From the NCBI GenBank assembly GCA_023231475.1, contig JALJEE010000507.1, positions 1-55,484 on the forward strand: DNA of 55,484 bases, given 5' to 3'. This stretch comes from Seison nebaliae. Taxonomy: Eukaryota. A program made the translations under genes and the position numbers. Below, piece after piece: positions 50,401 to 55,484 of the stretch (position 1 is the stretch's first letter; the number at the start of each line of letters is the position of its first letter). The notes below the pieces were generated by a model. That model was not told the origin of the DNA, ran no database searches, and saw only the letters and a list, made by a program, of their open reading frames with translations.

Positions 50401-53400
50401 GATTTTTAACAATTTCAATCGATCATAAAGTTTTCATCAAATTTTTTCTTCAAACTTAATTCTTTAACTCTGTGAAAAGACTACTGTGAAAGTGACGAAC
50501 GATTTTCAACAATCGAGAACTAATTCTGAAATGATGGAAATTTCAATTTTGAAAAATTATAGTTTACATTCGGGATATCTTTTCAAGAAGTTTTAATTAA
50601 AATTCATTAATTAAGTATAAAAAACAATTTTATTTCGAAGGAATTTATTTTTGTCATCCGAAATGGCTGAATTAGATATACCGATTAATATTTTACCATT
50701 GCCAATTTATCAATCAATTCGAATAGTTATCAAAGAGAATGATTCAATTTTGAGTAATTTCATCAAAGTTTCAAGTTGTCGCAATTGTCTAATGAAGGAA
50801 GGTGCTGATATGTCAATATCGACAAGATTGGGAAATGTTTTTAATAATGAAATGTTGGAAGATAATATGGTGGGATTAGACGCAAAAGACAGAAAGATTT
50901 ATGTTTCCACTGATTTCTTTACTAGAGATCGAATGGAATATATTGGAATTCCAATAAGAATCGTCAGGTGGAATTTGAACGATGAAAAAGAGGAGATAAG
51001 AATCAGATGGAAACTTTCTTCAATTTCTCCTATCAATTTAGAGAATTCGATTCAATTGAAATTAGAAGGAAATACAGAAATTATGAGAAAAAATGAAATT
51101 GAGAAAATTTTCATTATTTATCTCAAAGATTTGAAATTGGATGGAAACCATGAGGATTATGTTCCATTTCGATTTCTGAGAATTATATACGAATATTATT
51201 CAACGAACCATAAGAAAATATCTGCTGATAATAACCAACAAATAATTTTGACACCATTATACAATCCAACTGGAGTGTTGACGTTAAATAGAAATTCATT
51301 TGTTATTCGTCGAATTTTGGATGAAACCGTCTCGAAATCCGTAAATGTTGAAGTGACCATATATCGAGATCAGGGCACAAAAGGAAATATTCAAATTTCT
51401 TATGAAATATTTAATGAATTAGAACCGGCAGATCGACGAGAAAGTTTTGTAACGATGATCGATAATCAGAAAATTATCAATTTGAAATTTCAATTACCAA
51501 TCGATAAAATTTCGAATTTGAACGAAAAGGATATTTTCTATAGACTAACTTTAACCAATGTCCAATTAATATCAAAACAATCATCGAATGAAGTGCCACC
51601 AGATATCTTGAGGAATATTTATGGTGACGAATTTATCAATATTCATTTATTGACGGAAATTGATACGATTCAAATGTCTCAAATAACTTTCTATGAACAA
51701 ATGGATATCGTTCATGATTTTAATGATGCCATTAGTTTTTCATTGAGAAAAACGGGTAATAAGAAATGTGAAATCATTTGGATGATCGTTGGAGAGAAAA
51801 GTGAACGAATATTCTCAACAACTAACAATTCTATTACAATGAGAGAAATGGATAAAAATTATCATGTGGATAACATAAAAATTCTTTTAAAAAATGAGTC
51901 AAATATTTTCCATATAAATCTTTATTCACTTTCACCTTATTGTCAAATTGGGAAATATTCGATGAAGTTCCGAATAAAACATGGTAATTATAAGGCTGGA
52001 ATATTCTCGTTGAAATATAACAGTAATCGACAAGTGAATGAAGGAGAGAAAGTTTATTTATCAGTCAAACGGATATCGGATTTCAATGGACGAGTTAAAG
52101 TAACTTGGAAAGCGGAACCTGCAGAATTGGTGAATAATTTGATGGGATCATTAATTTTCGAGAATGGAATCAAACTGGTTTATTTTAATATAAAAACTGA
52201 GAATTTGAAAAAGATTGATGATAATCGACGGATAAGAATCGAATTAATCGATATTCGAATGATGGATGAAGGTAGTAATCTTATTCCGTTAATTGACGAT
52301 GTTGAACGATATGTTTATGTTCCATTAACGAATGATGATGGATTGGATGATATTATTTATATTCCATATAACCGACGAATGATAAATTATTACATGGAAA
52401 ATAGACAACTTGAAATTTCGATAAAACGAGGTGCAAATTTATTAAATATAAATCCGTTAATGGTTTATTGGCAAATATCACCAGCATTATATGTGATCAA
52501 TGAAAATGATGGTCATTTCATTTTCAATTCTAATCAATCTGAATATTCCTTGATGATAAATGTCACTTCATTCTCAAAAGAGTTTCTTGAGACAATTCTC
52601 CAATTTCAATTGATAAAAACCGAACCGAAAATATCGAATGTGTTCGATAAAAATCTACAAACAATTCCCAATTCTCGAACGGGAACTATTGCCCTAAAAG
52701 AGAATGTGTCTGGACAACTTGTACAATTTTCATTTAGTGAATCCATCATTCATTCATCCACTAGTTCAATAATGGTGATATCGATCGAAAGAACAGGAAA
52801 TATTTCCAATTCGATTATTGTCAATTATGAGAATTATGATGTGACTGCTAATGAGAAAGTTGATTATATGTTAATGCAGTCAACATTGACTTTCGGAAGA
52901 AATGTGAAGAAAAGTTTTTTAATATTGAAAATTCTTCATTTTCCCCATCAATTAATTCAACGACAACTTTACCTCCTTCTACGACTAATTTCCGCTTATT
53001 CCATTGAAACGAATACGCCAATTCAAATTGGAAAATTAAATAATCATCGAATTTGGATTTCATCTTTATCTGAATCTTCTCCAATTCCTTCAACTACTTC
53101 AATTTATTCAACTACTTCAACTACTTCGATTTCTTCAACTACTTCCACTAATAATTTTCCGTCGACAACGAGTGAGGTAATTGAGATAGAGAAATTGTGG
53201 ATCATCCAATTTGAAACGAGATGTTACGATTCGATTTCTATAGCAAATACGGATGATACGACTTGTATTTATGTAGAATTGGCTGCAACTCGAAATATTA
53301 AATTGACACATCCCTATGTCCATCGACCCATTTCTTTATCCGTCGTTTTAAGTACACAAGCAATCGGTGATTCATATGCTGAAACGATACAGTTACCCGA

Positions 53401-55484
53401 CATCGAATTTCTTATACGTCCAACGTCATATAATAAACGATCTTATACATGTATTCGTGTGGGGAAGATGTCGGTTCCAATCACATATCTTCATTTATAC
53501 CCGAAGAATTTCAATGGATATCATTTGGGTTTGAGAATCTGCAAATTAAATTTAATGACAACCAAACTATCAACTTCAACTAAACCGATTACTTTTCCAC
53601 TTTCAACTTCATTATTCACATTATCTTCTTCAACTTCATCAATTTTTGCTAGAGCGACGGTTGAATTGTTACCGCCGTTCAATTATGTTGTTCGATATTC
53701 AGTCGCTTCTTTCCAATTTATAACGCCACAAATAAAATTGTCTTCATCTGATGATTCATCAATTTCGGTCTTCTGGAGAATATTTTCTAATAATCAACAG
53801 AATAATGAAATAGTTAATCGTTTATTAAACTCAATTTTTCCCGATGGTATCGAAGGAATTATTCGATTAACTCAACTTATAGAATCATTTCAAATTTCCA
53901 TTAATATTCTACCAAGCTTACCTCATTCGACATATTATTGTTTTCAACTCCAATATCCATATAATGGAAATCAAGACATTTCTATAGTGCCAAGAAGTAA
54001 TACTATCACTATCGAAATTATTAATGATAAAATTATCAGTCAAGAGAATATTTATCGATTTGCAATTCCACATCCCATTATCGAAGGGAAATATGTGGAG
54101 AGTAATGAAATTAACGAACCAACCACATCTCCAATGAATGTAACATTTATGATAATACGTGAAGATAATTCGTGGCGAGAAAATTTCCTGTTTTGGAGAA
54201 TTAGTTGTTCCCAATCCATATCATCCTTCATATTTCCCACTAGTGGTCAAATTATTTTCCATCCTAATGATATTTATCAAAATTTCACTTTTACTATTAT
54301 ACCCAACGATCTACCTCAATTATTTACCAAATGCTCAACTTTATTATTGACATCCAATCAACATTTATCATCAAAATTACTTTTTTTTATTCAACCAAAT
54401 GATGATCCTCATGGAATATTTTCCATCAGTTCCGGTTACATTCTCATCGCTAATCCCGATGTGGTTCACTATGATAATTTGAGGAGTGTAGTCATCAATT
54501 TCCATCGAAGTAAAGGAGTGTTTGAAGATGTGAATGTTCTTATTGAATTAACTACAAACAATGACAAATTGAGGATGAATTTCCTGCAAAATACAAATAT
54601 TACATTTAAAAATAATCAATCTGATGTGTCAACAATTATTGATATACCGAATTCGATAATCTTATATAAAAGTACATTTATTAGAATTTTTATAAAGAAA
54701 GTGGAATTGTCAAAAGTTGAGAATTTCACTCAAAATTATATTCCACCAAAAATATCAGAGAGTAATGATTCCCTTATAATTTTTGTACCAAATCTAGCTT
54801 TGAATCCAGAAATCTCTTTCTCCAAATCTAATTTTCTCTTGGAATCTGATGATACAACGAAAACCTATTTGAAAGTAAATATTACAGTGAAAAGAGAAGG
54901 AGCTTTCGGTTGGTCAAATATTCTCTGGAAATCATCTTATTCTCTGGGTATTCCATCTGGTGTCGTCAGATTATCCTCTAGCGAAACACTGAAACATTTC
55001 ACTTATAAACTTCTTCCTTCCATCGATACAGTTAATTTCTTTAAGAAAAGATTTTATTTTTTCCTATTTCTAGAATATTAAAATTAAAATCGATTCCGAA
55101 TTTTCCCATTCACAATTTCCTCATATTGTGACGGTGGATTCGACAACAATTGAGAAAAATGGCATATTGGAAATCGAAGAAGATAATCGATTAATTTTCG
55201 TTCCGATATCGAATAAATATGAAACATTCAATATTCGAATGAGAAGAATATTCGATTTAATTGAAGAAACTGGAATCGTCATCGTTTCATCCATTCCCAA
55301 TATCGTGAGAAAGATTGAATTGAAAAATTTTAAGAAAAATGAAAAAACACAAATAGTTGCCAATGTCAATCTGAACCCATCAACGAATAACGGAATAAAA
55401 TCATTTTTTATTCAATTTGCCACAACGAAAAATCAGAATAGTGCTCGAATTTCTCGAATTTATAATCAAACCGAAATTCGGTTT
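29448..55484 (+). CDS. ADGRV1: ADGRV1/VLGR1 (GPR98)-like giant adhesion receptor ectodomain, about 37 introns in the window, 3'-partial
   Basis: Signal peptide MILFFLLITIKELTS. Many Calx-beta repeats (DDxxxExxExF and I.I.xNDxPxG motifs). A LamG/pentraxin-like segment at about 35030-35800 (FEGYLQQLFLF), EAR/EPTP-like repeats at about 49400-50500 (FYKWNNYSF, SVLYKYEEKVKKF), then more Calx-beta repeats. This domain order matches ADGRV1; the GAIN/7TM region is not within the window. Confidence 0.8.
36970..40719 (-). CDS. Secreted or GPI-anchored coiled-coil plus C-type lectin protein, 4 coding exons, nested in the ADGRV1 intron
   Basis: Exons 40719-40380 (signal peptide MNSLLLIHQLLTIYLIRIEST, CRYSLVV...C motif), 38391-37958 (coiled coil), 37909-37666 and 37622-36970. 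CTLD motifs: GSCY...YYQARRACWSLNGELVSVE...WWTSG...WSNW...CLCL...W...C...FICE. Ends in a hydrophobic tail FNLIYLTIILLTFLVV*. The exon1/exon2 join AAA G|AA ATG is phase-compatible. Confidence 0.78.
38518..38547. promoter_or_regulatory. Tandem RFX X-boxes upstream of IFT74
   Basis: ATCTCC-AT-GGGAAC (38518-38531) and the perfect palindrome GTTGTT-AT-AACAAC (38534-38547), 87-116 nt upstream of the IFT74 ATG. Both fit the 14-nt X-box consensus of ciliary genes. Confidence 0.8.
38634..40378 (+). CDS. IFT74: Intraflagellar transport protein 74, 2 exons (38634-39520, 39580-40378)
   Basis: N-terminal RPTTG...RLQTAKPGTRAG...DRPVTRGGLGGLKT...RLVQDKNYF is characteristic of IFT74, followed by a long coiled coil (EEEKLLAQVKNDKVEISGMDEK|IR...). 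Intron 39521-39579 GTTTAA...TAG. Confidence 0.92.
53059..53172 (+). repeat. Ser/Thr-rich coding repeat (TCAACTACT units), mucin-like linker in the ADGRV1-like protein
   Basis: SSPIPSTTSIYSTTSTTSISSTTSTNNFPSTTS in ORF 50651..55081. Confidence 0.7.

Noticed and set aside
29448..55484. Stop-codon reassignment, frameshifting or pseudogene as the cause of ORF fragmentation
   Set aside because: Each break I traced is resolved by a GT-AG intron that restores the frame, and the long ORFs end at standard stops.
2175..55484. U12 (minor) introns as the explanation for the odd donors
   Set aside because: None of the reconstructed donors matches RTATCCTT, and I found no AT-AC ends.

Overview
AT-rich, compact animal (invertebrate-like) nuclear DNA; the taxon cannot be determined from the window. 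The ORF track is fragmented by many very short introns (mostly about 39-70 nt). Hand-spliced gene models in order: PSMB5 (-), head-to-head with an intronless SMG1 kinase (+); CCDC74-like (+) with an RFX X-box; two tandem orphan paralogues rich in Lys/His and Asn/Gln/Tyr (+); a secreted Gly/Met-rich peptide (-); a 5-exon secreted EMI-domain protein (-) almost missed by the ORF track; an ankyrin-WGR-PARP of the PME-5/tank-1 type (+); and a giant ADGRV1/VLGR1-like gene (+, Calx-beta, LamG/PTX and EAR regions) that runs off the right end. Two observations stand out. (1) An unusual 5' splice-site code: 56 of my 59 reconstructed introns begin GTT rather than GTR, with almost no conservation at +4 to +6, which suggests an altered U1/U6 recognition system. 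(2) A three-level nested locus: a 5.9-kb ADGRV1 intron (+) holds a C-type lectin gene (-), whose 2.0-kb first intron holds the whole IFT74 gene (+) with its own tandem X-boxes. The IFT74 stop codon is the antisense of the lectin splice donor. All gene models were read by eye and need RNA-seq confirmation.
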